A stretch of 64,000 nt of DNA, from NCBI GenBank assembly GCA_035535495.1, contig DATLQA010000272.1:15452-79451 (forward strand), given 5' to 3'. Origin of the DNA: Actinomycetota bacterium (GTDB lineage Bacteria; Actinomycetota; CALGFH01). Shown here piece after piece: positions 8,890 to 18,221 of the stretch (positions within the stretch are counted from its first letter, which is position 1; every line of letters begins with the position of its first letter). The position numbers and the translations under genes are program-made. A model generated the notes under the pieces. That model did not search any database. It saw only the letters and a program-made list of their open reading frames with translations, and had not been told where the DNA came from.

Positions 8890-9954
8890 CTAACCGGCCA
8901 GGCGCGCCCCCCGTGCGTCGGCTGCCGGTGCCTGCCAGCGCAGCGACTGGTCGATGCGCTCCGCGGCGAGCAGTTCGCTGATCCTGGCGATGCGCTGGAA
9001 GCGCGACCCCTCCAGGTCCGCCGCGGTGAGGTGCTCGCGCTGGAACGCCTCGTAGAGCTCCTCGACGCCGCGGGCGACGTTCCACTTCAGCGCGAACGAC
9101 GGGAAGGTGCGGGCCAGCTTGCCGCAGTCGACCCGGTAGCAGCGGGCGTCGGGCCCGGCGCCCTCGGCGAAGGAGATCTGGCTGCCCACCACGGTCTCCT
9201 GTACCCGCGCGGCGACGTCGCGGATCTGGTAGTTCTCGCCGGTCCCGCCGACGTTGAAGGCCTGGCCGTGGACCAGCTCGCGCGGAGCCTCGAGCATGGT
9301 CAGGAAGGCCCGGGAGATGTCCTCGATGTGGACCAGGGGCCGCCACGGCGTCCCGTCGCTCTTCAGCAGGACCTCGCCGATGGTGTACGCGTACCCGACC
9401 AGGTTGTTGACCACCAGGTCGCCACGGAGCCGGGGCGAGACGCCGTAGGCGGTGGCGTTGCGCAGGAAGGTGGGGCTGAAGTCGTCGTCGGCGAGGGGGG
9501 CGATGTCGCGTTCGGCCAGCACCTTCGAGCGGCCGTACGGGGTCACCGGGTTGAACGCGGCCGACTCGTCGAGCAGGTCCTCCGGGGAGGCCGCGCCGTA
9601 CAGGCTGCACGACGAGGAGAACAGGAAGCGCTGCACGCCGGCCTGCTTGGCGGTGCGCGCCAGGTGCACGGAGGCCAGGTGGTTGATGTCGTAGGTGCAG
9701 TCGGGGTTGAGGTTGCCGAGCGGGTCGTTGGAGATCGCCGCCAGGTGCACCACCGCGTCGAAGCCGCGCAGGTCGTCGACCTGGACGTCGCGGACGTCGA
9801 GGGTGCGGGCGGGGACGTCCGCTGGTTCCGGCCCGAACAGGCACGACCGGAACAGGTCGGCGTCCAAGCCCTCGACCTGGTGCCCGGCCTCACGCAGGAG
9901 CGGGACCATGACGCTGCCGATGTAACCGTTGTGTCCCGTCACCAGGACGCGCAT
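8890..9954 (-). CDS. NAD-dependent epimerase/dehydratase (extended SDR)
   Basis: [42 protein letters not shown]. Confidence 0.92.
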   Translation of the reverse strand: MRVLVTGHNGYIGSVMVPLLREAGHQVEGLDADLFRSCLFGPEPADVPARTLDVRDVQVDDLRGFDAVVHLAAISNDPLGNLNPDCTYDINHLASVHLARTAKQAGVQRFLFSSSCSLYGAASPEDLLDESAAFNPVTPYGRSKVLAERDIAPLADDDFSPTFLRNATAYGVSPRLRGDLVVNNLVGYAYTIGEVLLKSDGTPWRPLVHIEDISRAFLTMLEAPRELVHGQAFNVGGTGENYQIRDVAARVQETVVGSQISFAEGAGPDARCYRVDCGKLARTFPSFALKWNVARGVEELYEAFQREHLTAADLEGSRFQRIARISELLAAERIDQSLRWQAPAADARGARLAG

Positions 9955-10205
9955 GGGTGGTGTTCCTTTCCCGGGCCTGGCCGCTGCGGTGCGTCCGCCC
10001 GGTGACTCGTGACCGACAAAGAAAGCTGCCCAGTGGCCCGCGCGGCGGCCGCCGTCCACCGCGGACGGCCAGCCGGCGGTACGGTCCTCGGCTAGGGTAC
10101 GGAGCACGGCCGATCGCTCCACGAGCCTCACGCCGTATCCCGGCCACGTTGCTTGCAGGGTGTTCGCCCCTCCGTCCGAGGTACTGAGTGGACCGCGCCC
10201 GCCGG

Positions 10206-11810
10206 TTAGCCCTGGTCGCCGCCTGAGGCGGTGGTGGCCAGGGCCGCCTCAGCGGCGGGAGAGGAGCGGCGCCTGACCCGCTTGACGAGCTGATCCAGCA
10301 CCGCCCGGTCGTCCGCCTCGAAGCCGAGCAGGGCGAGCAGACCGAGGTAGGCGACGCCGAGCACCGCCATCGCGGCCAGCTCGCCGGCCGCCCCTTCCGA
10401 GAGCAGCACGCGGGCCACCACCGTGACCACGGCCGCTCCCAGCCCGGCGCCGACCGGCTTGAGCCAGCCCCGGTCGTAGGGGTGCATGCCGGTCAGCCGC
10501 CAGACCTGCGTGGTGAGGCCCGCGTTCACCGCCGTCATCGCCACCGCGTTGGCCACCGCCGCGCCGGCCAGCCCGAACGGCGGGATCAGCAGCAGGTTGA
10601 GGGCCACCGTCAGGACCAGGTGGAAGATGGTGAACAGCAGGTTGGTGCGCGACCGCCCGGTCATGGTCAGCACGTTGACGGCCGCGCCGCTGGCGTAGTT
10701 GCCCAGCTGGCCGAGGGCGAGCACGGTCAGGGCGAGCTGGCCCTGGCCGAAGCCCCGCCCGAAGGTGGCCAGCAGCGCCTCGCCGAACATCACCTGCACC
10801 AGGAACACGGGCACGCCGATGGTGAAGATCCAGCGGCTCAGCGCCTTGTACAGGCGGGCGAGGTGGTCGTCCTGGTCGGCGGCGTCCAGGTCCGACACCA
10901 TCGGCGAGAAGATCGTGCCGAAGGCGATGAAGATGGCGTTGGCCACGATGGTGAAGCGCCGCGCGGCCGCGAACAACGCCACCCGGCTGGTCCCCGCCAG
11001 CGCGCCGAGCAGGAACACCTCGGCGTTGTTGGTGGAGCCGTTGAGCACCCGGTTGATCGCCAGCGGCCAGGAGAAGCGGGCGATCTCGGCGGTCGGAGGC
11101 GCCACCATGCCCGCCGCCCGTCGCGGCAGCACGCGATAGGCGGCGACCGCGGCCAGCACCAGCGCGACGCCTTCGACCAGGGTGTAGGCGACGGCGACCC
11201 CGACCAGGTCGGTATGGGCCAGCAGCGCGCCCACCGCCGCCACCACCCGCAGACCAGGCGCGACGACCGAGCGGATCACCGCCGGCATGACCACCCGGGT
11301 GTAGGCGCGCATCGAGGACAGCAGCAGCTCGCCGAGGCCGGTCAGCGGCACCGAGCAGGCGAGCACCCGGATCGGCATCGCCAGGCTGGGGTCGTGGAAG
11401 ACGTGGTCGGCCAGGACCGGCGCGCCGAGCAGCATGCCGAGCCCGAGCAGCACGCCGGCCACGGCGGTGACCCGCAGGCCGAGCCAGACCGTGCCGCGGA
11501 TGCGGGCCTCGTCATGCTGGCCGCGGTAGATGGCGACGTAGCGCACCACCGCCTGGTGGGTGCCCATCGGCGCGACGTGCGCCAGCACCACGGCCAGGCT
11601 CATGCCGATGGTGAAGGCGCCGAAGCCGTCGGCGTTGAGCCGCCGCGCCACCACGATGTTGAAGGCCAGGCTCAGCGCGTAGGCGGCCCAGCCGCCGACG
11701 AACACGAAGCCCCCGCCGGTGGCGATGCGGCGCAGGTTGCTCTCGGCCTGGTCCTGCGACGGCGGCCGGGGGTTCCCGCGCTCGGTCATGGCGGCCTCAC
11801 GCCGAGACAC
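10206..11810 (-). CDS. wzx: Wzx-type oligosaccharide flippase
   Basis: About 12-14 hydrophobic segments, [31 protein letters not shown]; alternative start 11789. Confidence 0.85.
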   Translation of the reverse strand: MSRREAAMTERGNPRPPSQDQAESNLRRIATGGGFVFVGGWAAYALSLAFNIVVARRLNADGFGAFTIGMSLAVVLAHVAPMGTHQAVVRYVAIYRGQHDEARIRGTVWLGLRVTAVAGVLLGLGMLLGAPVLADHVFHDPSLAMPIRVLACSVPLTGLGELLLSSMRAYTRVVMPAVIRSVVAPGLRVVAAVGALLAHTDLVGVAVAYTLVEGVALVLAAVAAYRVLPRRAAGMVAPPTAEIARFSWPLAINRVLNGSTNNAEVFLLGALAGTSRVALFAAARRFTIVANAIFIAFGTIFSPMVSDLDAADQDDHLARLYKALSRWIFTIGVPVFLVQVMFGEALLATFGRGFGQGQLALTVLALGQLGNYASGAAVNVLTMTGRSRTNLLFTIFHLVLTVALNLLLIPPFGLAGAAVANAVAMTAVNAGLTTQVWRLTGMHPYDRGWLKPVGAGLGAAVVTVVARVLLSEGAAGELAAMAVLGVAYLGLLALLGFEADDRAVLDQLVKRVRRRSSPAAEAALATTASGGDQG

Positions 11811-12846
11811 CGGCCTTCACGGCCACGCTCACCAGCTGGTCCCAGAACGGGTTGGTGGAGCCGTCCTTGTCGAGAAAGGTGCGGATCGCCCCCCGGTACG
11901 GCCGGTGCCAGGCCCACAGGTCGACCCCGTCGGCGCCGGCCTGCAGCGGCGCCCTGGCGACCGTGTCGGTGCGCCGCCTGGCCGCGGCGGCGTTGCCGGG
12001 GAAGGTCGCCTCGTCGAACGACGGGGCCGTCCGCGCGAGCAGCTGGAACGGCCGCGGCCACAGGGCGCGCGCCTGGCGGAAGGCGGCGCCGACCACCGCC
12101 GGGTCCTCGCCCTGCAGCTCCAGGGCGAGCATGAACCCGTCCAGGTGCCCGCTCCGGTAGAGACGGGTGAGGACCTTGTTGATCTCGAAGCGGTAGCGGG
12201 TGAAGCGGAGCACCACGCAATTGCGCTGCCCCTTCTTGCCGCAGGTCAGCTCCCAGTTGACCACGTCGGCGAAGACCGGCACCCCGGGGATCTCCCGGTG
12301 GAACACCCCGCCGGTGGCCTCGAGGTAGCCCACCGCCTCGTCGGGGTCGAGGCCGCCACCGTTGAGGCGATCGGCCACCCGGATGCCCGCGATCGTGCCA
12401 GGGTGCTCCTTGACCTGGCGGACGATCTCCTGGACGTCCCCGGAGATGTCCTTGCCCCTGGCGAAGTCGGACTTGCGGTCCATCTCCACGTAGACCGACA
12501 GCCCGGCGGCGCGCGCGTCCTCGACGAGTTGCTGGTCGCCGGCCTTGACGATGACCGCGTTGAAGGCCTTGCGCATCTTGGCGAGGTCGTCGCAGCGCTC
12601 GCCGAACACGTAGGGCGCGCTGCCGGTGTTGAAGTGGGTGACCAGGATCGGCGCGCGGCTCGGCGGCTTCTGCGGCGCCTCGCAGGCGCTGCGGCTCGGC
12701 GCCGCGGCCGTGGAGGTCGGCACCGGGGCGGGCGGCCCCGGACCGTCCTTGCCGCCGCAGCCGGCCAGCACGGCGAGGAGCACGGCCACCGCGCCGGCGG
12801 GCGCGCGGCCGCGCGCGCCTGCCGGCCGGCGTGGCTGGTGGATCAT
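11797..12846 (-). CDS. Lipoprotein with putative TIM-barrel (glycoside hydrolase-like) domain
   Basis: Lipobox LAGC after a hydrophobic core, Pro-rich linker, alternating beta/alpha pattern (GLSVYVEMD, IRVADRL, GVDLWAW). Confidence 0.55.
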   Translation of the reverse strand: MIHQPRRPAGARGRAPAGAVAVLLAVLAGCGGKDGPGPPAPVPTSTAAAPSRSACEAPQKPPSRAPILVTHFNTGSAPYVFGERCDDLAKMRKAFNAVIVKAGDQQLVEDARAAGLSVYVEMDRKSDFARGKDISGDVQEIVRQVKEHPGTIAGIRVADRLNGGGLDPDEAVGYLEATGGVFHREIPGVPVFADVVNWELTCGKKGQRNCVVLRFTRYRFEINKVLTRLYRSGHLDGFMLALELQGEDPAVVGAAFRQARALWPRPFQLLARTAPSFDEATFPGNAAAARRRTDTVARAPLQAGADGVDLWAWHRPYRGAIRTFLDKDGSTNPFWDQLVSVAVKAGVSA

Positions 12847-12883
12847 TGACGTGCTCCCTCGGTGCTCGGCGGTCGCCGCCGGG

Positions 12884-13690
12884 TCACGGCCGCGGATCGT
12901 TCGCCTTGCCCGCCCGCACCTCGACCGGGCGGACCTCCAGGCTGGACAGCTCGCCGTCGCGGCCGAGCGCGGAGAGGCCGCTCGGCCTGCCCGGCGCCGG
13001 CTGGGGTGCCTGCCTGGCGCGTGAGCGGGCCGCGGGGCTGCCACGCAGCACGTACACGGCGGTGCGCCACAGCATCGCGACGGTATGGGCCAGCGACGGG
13101 TCGTCCAGATAGGAGAAGTCGAGCGCGACCCGGGTGGGCACCAGCTCCCGCAGGTAGTAGCCCTCGAGGTCGGCGACGCCGGCGGGCGGCAGCACGTCCT
13201 TGTCGCGCAGGCGCACCTGGGTCGGTCCGGTCAGCCCTGGGCGGTGGGCGAACACCACCCGGCAGCCGGCCGGGTAGCGGTCGGCCAGGGAGGGCGTCTC
13301 CGGCCGCGGGCCCACCAGGGTCATGTCGCCGCGCAGCACGTTGAGGAACTGCGGCAGTTCGTCGATGCCGGTGGTGCGGAGCAGCTTGCCGACGCGGGTG
13401 ACGCGGGGATCCTCGCCCCTGGTCACCTCGGGCCCGCGGGTGCCGGTGCGCATGGTCCGGAATTTGTAGAGGGTGAACGGGCGGCCACCCTGGCCGACGC
13501 GCACCTGGCGGAACATCACCGGGCCGGCGCTGGTCAGCCGCACCGCCAGCGCCACCACCAGGATCATGGGCGACAGCAGCAGCAGCGCTGCCGCACTGAA
13601 GACCAGATCGAGTGCGCGTCGAGCAGGGCTCGGCGCAACCCCGGGCGCCACCCCCTGCGTCACGTCGATGATGCTGCCCCTCCGCATCAT
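12884..13690 (-). CDS. Bacterial sugar transferase (priming phosphoglycosyltransferase, PglC/WcaJ C-domain)
   Basis: [59 protein letters not shown]. Confidence 0.93.
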   Translation of the reverse strand: MMRRGSIIDVTQGVAPGVAPSPARRALDLVFSAAALLLLSPMILVVALAVRLTSAGPVMFRQVRVGQGGRPFTLYKFRTMRTGTRGPEVTRGEDPRVTRVGKLLRTTGIDELPQFLNVLRGDMTLVGPRPETPSLADRYPAGCRVVFAHRPGLTGPTQVRLRDKDVLPPAGVADLEGYYLRELVPTRVALDFSYLDDPSLAHTVAMLWRTAVYVLRGSPAARSRARQAPQPAPGRPSGLSALGRDGELSSLEVRPVEVRAGKANDPRP

Positions 13691-15063
13691 GCCCCCCTTT
13701 TCTCAGCGACGAGCCCGGCGCGGGCGTCCGCGGTGGCCGCTGCCGCGGCCACCGGCCGGGCCTGCGGCCGGTCGGTCAGTTCGATCTCCTGCCCGCCCGG
13801 ATCGGGCAGGCCGAGGAGGTGCCGGTAGGTCCGGTCGATCAGCTCGCACATCAGCGCCGGGTCGAACAGCGTCCGCACCAGCACACGTCCCTGGCCGCCC
13901 ATGCGCCGCCCCTCCTCGGGGTGGTCGAGCAGCCAGGTGACGCTCTCGGCCAGCGCGCCGGGATCGCCCGGCGGCGCCAGCAGCCCGGTCGAGCCGGGCA
14001 CGACCAGGTCGGGCACGCCGTTGACGGCGGTGGCGACCACGGGACGGCCCGAACCGAGGGCCTCGGTCAGGGCGCGGCCGAGCCCCTCGTACAGCGAGGA
14101 GATGACGAACACGTCGAACGCGGTGGCGAGCACGGGCGCGTCGGCCCTGAAGCCGACCAGCGCCACCTCGACGCCGAGGCGCTCGGCCTCGGCCCGGACC
14201 TCGTCGGCCATCGGCCCGTCGCCCACCATCACGAAGCGGACCGCCGGGCGGGCGGCCGCGACCCGTGCAGCCATCCGCACGAAGTCGAGCGGGGCCTTCT
14301 GGAAGTCGAGCCGGCCGACCGTGCCGACCAGCCGGGTCCCGGCAGGCAGGCCGAGCTCCTTGCGGAGCCGCGGGTCGGGCCGGTCGGGGAGCTGGTCGAG
14401 CTCGACCGCGGACGGCACCACCGTGACCGACCCTGGCGGTGCCAGCCGCATGGCCACCGCCTCGCTCGCGACCCGCGGCGAGACCGCCAGGAAGGCGTGG
14501 GTGAACCGCCGGACCAGGCGCTCGAGGGTGAGGTAGAGGCGGCGCCGCCACGCCGGCATGTAGTCGTGGTAGCTGAAGCCGTGGTAGGTGTGGACGACCA
14601 GGGGCACGCGGGTCAGCCAGGCGGCCAGCCGGCCGAGGAAGCCGCCCTTGGCCGAGTGGGTGTGCACCACCGTGAACCGCTCTCGGCGCAGCAGCCGCAC
14701 CAGCTGCCAGAGCACGGACAGGTCGTCGAAGGGGGAGAGGACCTCGCGGAAGCGGCGCAGCTTGACGGTCCGGAGACCCGCCCGCTCGGCCCGCTCCCAC
14801 AGCGGCCCGCCGTCGGCCCCGGCGACCCAGACGTCGTAGCGGTCCGGGGCGGCGCCGAGCGCCGACAGCAGCGTGTTGCCGCCGGCGCCGGCCCAGAAGC
14901 GGGTGATCACGTGGAGCACCTTGATGCGGGGCAGGTCCGGCTGGGGAGGCAGCGCCTCGGGCGGCACCACCGGCGGCAGCGCCACCGGCCAGCCGAGGCT
15001 GGCACCGTCGGCGTCGGGGCGGGCGGCAGGGGTGTCCAGGGTGCTGCGGCGGCGGGTTCGCAT
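13687..15063 (-). CDS. Glycosyltransferase family 4
   Basis: KVLHVITR, VHTHSAKGG, VGRLDFQKAP, FVISSLYEGLGRALTEA. Confidence 0.93.
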   Translation of the reverse strand: MRTRRRSTLDTPAARPDADGASLGWPVALPPVVPPEALPPQPDLPRIKVLHVITRFWAGAGGNTLLSALGAAPDRYDVWVAGADGGPLWERAERAGLRTVKLRRFREVLSPFDDLSVLWQLVRLLRRERFTVVHTHSAKGGFLGRLAAWLTRVPLVVHTYHGFSYHDYMPAWRRRLYLTLERLVRRFTHAFLAVSPRVASEAVAMRLAPPGSVTVVPSAVELDQLPDRPDPRLRKELGLPAGTRLVGTVGRLDFQKAPLDFVRMAARVAAARPAVRFVMVGDGPMADEVRAEAERLGVEVALVGFRADAPVLATAFDVFVISSLYEGLGRALTEALGSGRPVVATAVNGVPDLVVPGSTGLLAPPGDPGALAESVTWLLDHPEEGRRMGGQGRVLVRTLFDPALMCELIDRTYRHLLGLPDPGGQEIELTDRPQARPVAAAAATADARAGLVAEKRGA

Positions 15064-15065
15064 GG

Positions 15066-15122
15066 TCAGAACCCGTCCGGGAGGGGGTCGTTCTCTGGGG
15101 TGCGGCGGCGGGGGGTTCGCAT
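15066..15122 (-). CDS. Repeat-derived 18-aa mini-ORF MRTPRRRTPENDPLPDGF
   Basis: ATG 2 nt after the previous TGA; its TGA is 2 nt before the GT4 ATG. Translation unproven. Confidence 0.4.
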   Translation of the reverse strand: MRTPRRRTPENDPLPDGF

Positions 15123-15124
15123 GA

Positions 15125-15181
15125 TCAGGACCGGTCTGGGTAGGGGTCGGCGTCCGGGGTGCTGCGGCGGCGGGTTCGCAC
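15125..15181 (-). CDS. Repeat-derived 18-aa mini-ORF (M)RTRRRSTPDADPYPDRS
   Basis: GTG 2 nt after the capD TGA; ends TGA-TC-ATG into the next mini-ORF. Translation unproven. Confidence 0.4.
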   Translation of the reverse strand: MRTRRRSTPDADPYPDRS

Positions 15182-15183
15182 GG

Positions 15184-16686
15184 TCAGAACCCGTCCGGGT
15201 AGGGGGCGGTGGATGCCGGGCCGGCGCTCTCCGGCGCGGCGTTGTACTCGGGAACCAGCTTGGCCAGCAGGCTGCGGCACTCGTCCATGTCGTTGGCCTG
15301 CGCGCCCTCCTCCAGGCTGGCGAGCAGGGTGAAGAAGTCGTTGTCGAGCGTCTTGGAGGCGGCCGTGGCCCAGACCTTCGGGTGGCCGGTGGCCACGCGC
15401 TGCTCGCCCTCGCTGAACAGCGTCTCGTTGAGCTTCTCGCCCGGCCGCAGGCCGGTGTAGCGGATGGTGAGGTCGCCAGGGTCGACGTGGATCTGCGCGG
15501 CGTAGTTGTGGACCAGGTCCACGATGCGCACCGGCTCGCCCATCTCCAGCACGAACACCTCGCCCGCCCGGGCCATGCCGGCGGCCTCGACGACCAGCCC
15601 GACCGCCTCCTCGACGGTCATGAAGAAGCGGGTCACGTCCGGGTGGGTGACGGTGACGTCCTCGCCGCTCTCGATCTGCTCGGACAGCACCGACAGCAGC
15701 GAGCCGCGGCTGCCGAGCACGTTGCCGAAGCGGACCGAGGCCATGCGGGTGGCCCCGCCGCCCTGGTGCGCCTGGACGATCATCTCGGCGACGCGCTTGG
15801 TCACGCCGAGCACCGAGGTCGGGTCGGCCGCCTTGTCGGTGGAGATCAGGATGAAGCGCTCGGCCTCGTGCGCGACCGCCGCCCGCACCAGGTTCAGCGT
15901 GCCGAGCACGTTCGACTTCACGCCTTCGCACGGGTGCCGTTCGAGCAGCGGCAGGTGCTTGTGGGCGGCGGCGTGGAAGACCACCTGTGGCCGGAGGTCG
16001 CGGAAGATCTGGCCGATGCGGCCCTGGTCGCGGATGTCGGCGATCAACAGCTCGTCGGAGTCGAGCAGCGCCTCGCCCTGGATCTGGAGTTGCAGCCGGT
16101 GCAGGTTGGACTCGTCGTGGTCGAGCAGGTACAGCGCCTCGGGGTCGAAGGCGGCGATCTGCCGGCACAGCTCGCTGCCGATGGAGCCGCCGGCACCGGT
16201 GACCAGGACCCGCTTGCCCGCCACCGTCGCACGGGAGCCGCGCCGGACCACCTGCACCTCGTCCCGCCCGAGCAGGCGGTCGACCCGCAGGCGGCGGAGG
16301 TCGGAGATGCGGGCGTCGCGCTCGAGCGCCGCGCCGAACGAGGGCAGGTAGCGCACTGCCAGCCCGGCGGCGGCCGCGTCCACCGCCAGGCGGCGGATCT
16401 CGCGCGGCCGCAGCGAGGGGATCGCCACGATCACCACCTCGACCTGGTGCCGCTCGGCGACCGCGGACAGGTCGCGGGTGGTGCCGAAGACCTGCAGCCC
16501 GGCGATGCGGCGGCGCACCTTGGCCGGGCTGTCGTCCAGGAAGCCGACCGGCACCAGCCCGAATTCCGGCGTGCGGAGCAGGTCCCTCGCCAGCGACCTG
16601 CCGGCCTCACCCGCGCCGATGACCAGGCAGTGGAGCCCGTTGCCCTCGCGCCGCCGGGGTGGTCGCCGGTCGAACAATTCGATCAC
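15184..16686 (-). CDS. Nucleoside-diphosphate sugar 4,6-dehydratase (CapD/PglF/WbpM-like), without N-terminal membrane domain
   Basis: LVIGAGEAG, VLVTGAGGSIGSEL, HAAAHKHLP, ISTDKAADP, RFGNVLGSRGS, RPGEKLNETL. Confidence 0.92.
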   Translation of the reverse strand: MIELFDRRPPRRREGNGLHCLVIGAGEAGRSLARDLLRTPEFGLVPVGFLDDSPAKVRRRIAGLQVFGTTRDLSAVAERHQVEVVIVAIPSLRPREIRRLAVDAAAAGLAVRYLPSFGAALERDARISDLRRLRVDRLLGRDEVQVVRRGSRATVAGKRVLVTGAGGSIGSELCRQIAAFDPEALYLLDHDESNLHRLQLQIQGEALLDSDELLIADIRDQGRIGQIFRDLRPQVVFHAAAHKHLPLLERHPCEGVKSNVLGTLNLVRAAVAHEAERFILISTDKAADPTSVLGVTKRVAEMIVQAHQGGGATRMASVRFGNVLGSRGSLLSVLSEQIESGEDVTVTHPDVTRFFMTVEEAVGLVVEAAGMARAGEVFVLEMGEPVRIVDLVHNYAAQIHVDPGDLTIRYTGLRPGEKLNETLFSEGEQRVATGHPKVWATAASKTLDNDFFTLLASLEEGAQANDMDECRSLLAKLVPEYNAAPESAGPASTAPYPDGF

Positions 16687-17939
16687 TGGGTCATCCCCCC
16701 GCCGCCGGCCGACCTCGTGCCCAGGTCGGCGATGGCCTCGCAGACGCGGTCGACGTCGCCGTCGGCCAGGCGGGGGTAGAGCGGCAGCGAGAGGATCTCT
16801 GAGAAGACGGTGTCGGCCACCGGGAAGCCTCCCGTCAGTGCCTCGGCCCAGCGCTCCTGGAACCAGGGCTGGTGGTGGAGCGGGATGAAGTGCACCGAGC
16901 AGTCGATCCCGCGCCGTGCCAGCTCGGCGATCAGCCCGTCGCGCCCGAGACCGTGCTCGGGGCCGACGCGGATCACGTACAGGTGCCAGGCGTGCCGGCC
17001 CTGCTCCGGCACCGGCCGCCAGGGAGCGGCCACGCCGGGCACCTCGGCGAGCTGCTTGTCGTAGCGCTCGGCGAGCTCGCCGCGGCGCTCCTGCCAGGCT
17101 CCCAGGTGGCGGAGGTGGGCCCGGCCGATGGCGGCCTGGACATCGGTCAGGTTGGCCTTGAGCCCGTCCAGTTCGACGCGGTAGCGCCAGTTCGCCCCCG
17201 GCAGGTAGCGCTTCCAGGCGTCGCGGCTCATGCCGTGCAGGCGTGCCGTCCGTGCCCAGTCCGCCAGGCCGCTGTCGGCGGTGGTGAGCATGCCGCCCTC
17301 GCCGATCGGCAGGTTCTTGGTGGCGTAGAAGCTGAAGCAGGTGGCCGCCGAGATGGTTCCCACCTGCTGCTCGCCGACCCAGCCGCCGACGGCGTGGGCG
17401 GCGTCCTCCACCACCCTGTCCAACGGCAGCCCGGCGGCCGCGGCGAGCTCCGCGACCGGAGCGGGCGCGCCGGCGAAGTGCAGCACCAGCATGGCGTCGA
17501 CGCCGCCGGCCCTGGCGGCCGCCGCCGCGGTCTCGGCCGGGCCGGGCATCAGGGTCTCGGGGTCGACGTCGGCGAACACCGGCTGGTGGCCGGCGTGGGT
17601 GATGGCGTGGACGGCGCCGCAGAAGGTCATCACCGAGGTGAGCACCTTGGACCCCGGCGGCAGGCGGAGGCCGCGGAGGGCCAGCTCGATGGCTGCCGTG
17701 CAGGAGGAGACCGCCACCGCGTCGGGCGCCCCGACCCAGTCGGCGAACTCCCGCTCGAACGCGACCACCTCAGGGCCGGTGGTCACCCAGCCAGAAGCGA
17801 GCACGCGCGCGGCGGCCTCCCGGGCGTCGGGAGTGATCTCCGCGGCGGCGAAGGGGATGCGCGGGAGGTCGTCAGCCCCGGTCTGGCCAGCCTCTCCGTG
17901 CGCCTCCGCCCCGGCGTCGGTCGCGCCGCGCTGTGCCAT
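16683..17939 (-). CDS. DegT/DnrJ/EryC1/StrS family PLP sugar aminotransferase
   Basis: VSSCTAAI, EDAAHA, FSFYATKNLPIGEGGM, HAWHLY, VHFIPLH. Confidence 0.93.
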   Translation of the reverse strand: MAQRGATDAGAEAHGEAGQTGADDLPRIPFAAAEITPDAREAAARVLASGWVTTGPEVVAFEREFADWVGAPDAVAVSSCTAAIELALRGLRLPPGSKVLTSVMTFCGAVHAITHAGHQPVFADVDPETLMPGPAETAAAAARAGGVDAMLVLHFAGAPAPVAELAAAAGLPLDRVVEDAAHAVGGWVGEQQVGTISAATCFSFYATKNLPIGEGGMLTTADSGLADWARTARLHGMSRDAWKRYLPGANWRYRVELDGLKANLTDVQAAIGRAHLRHLGAWQERRGELAERYDKQLAEVPGVAAPWRPVPEQGRHAWHLYVIRVGPEHGLGRDGLIAELARRGIDCSVHFIPLHHQPWFQERWAEALTGGFPVADTVFSEILSLPLYPRLADGDVDRVCEAIADLGTRSAGGGGMTQ

Positions 17940-18221
17940 CTGACCCCCACGAGATTTGGGACACTGCTTCAGCTGCGCCTACGCTGCCAGCGTGTGGGAG
18001 AGAACTGATCCGCCAGGGGGAGGAACCCCGGTACGCCATTCGGAGGAGTTGGCGGTCGACGCCTCGGCGGCCCCCGCGGCAACCACGCAGGTCAGCGGCC
18101 TCGTCTGGACAGGCCGAATTGGTCCCCGGAGGATCTGAGCAAGATTCCCTACGACGAATGCTGGTGGGGCCAGAGCAGAGCCAGCGGCAATCCGGGATGA
18201 AATTGGGGGAAGTGGTGCAGC

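Larger units (their letters stand above)
15034..15204 (-). repeat. Three imperfect tandem copies of a 59-bp unit spanning a stop/start junction
   Basis: Minus-strand unit CCC-TAC-CCG-GAC-GGG-TTC-TGA-CC-(A/G)TG-CGA-ACC-CGC-CGC-CGC-AGC-ACC-CCG-GAC; start codons at 15181, 15122 and 15063, exactly 59 bp apart. Confidence 0.92.

Noticed and set aside
15034-15204. Possible CRISPR array
   Set aside because: The whole 59-bp unit is repeated with no unique spacers, it overlaps coding ends, and there are no cas genes.
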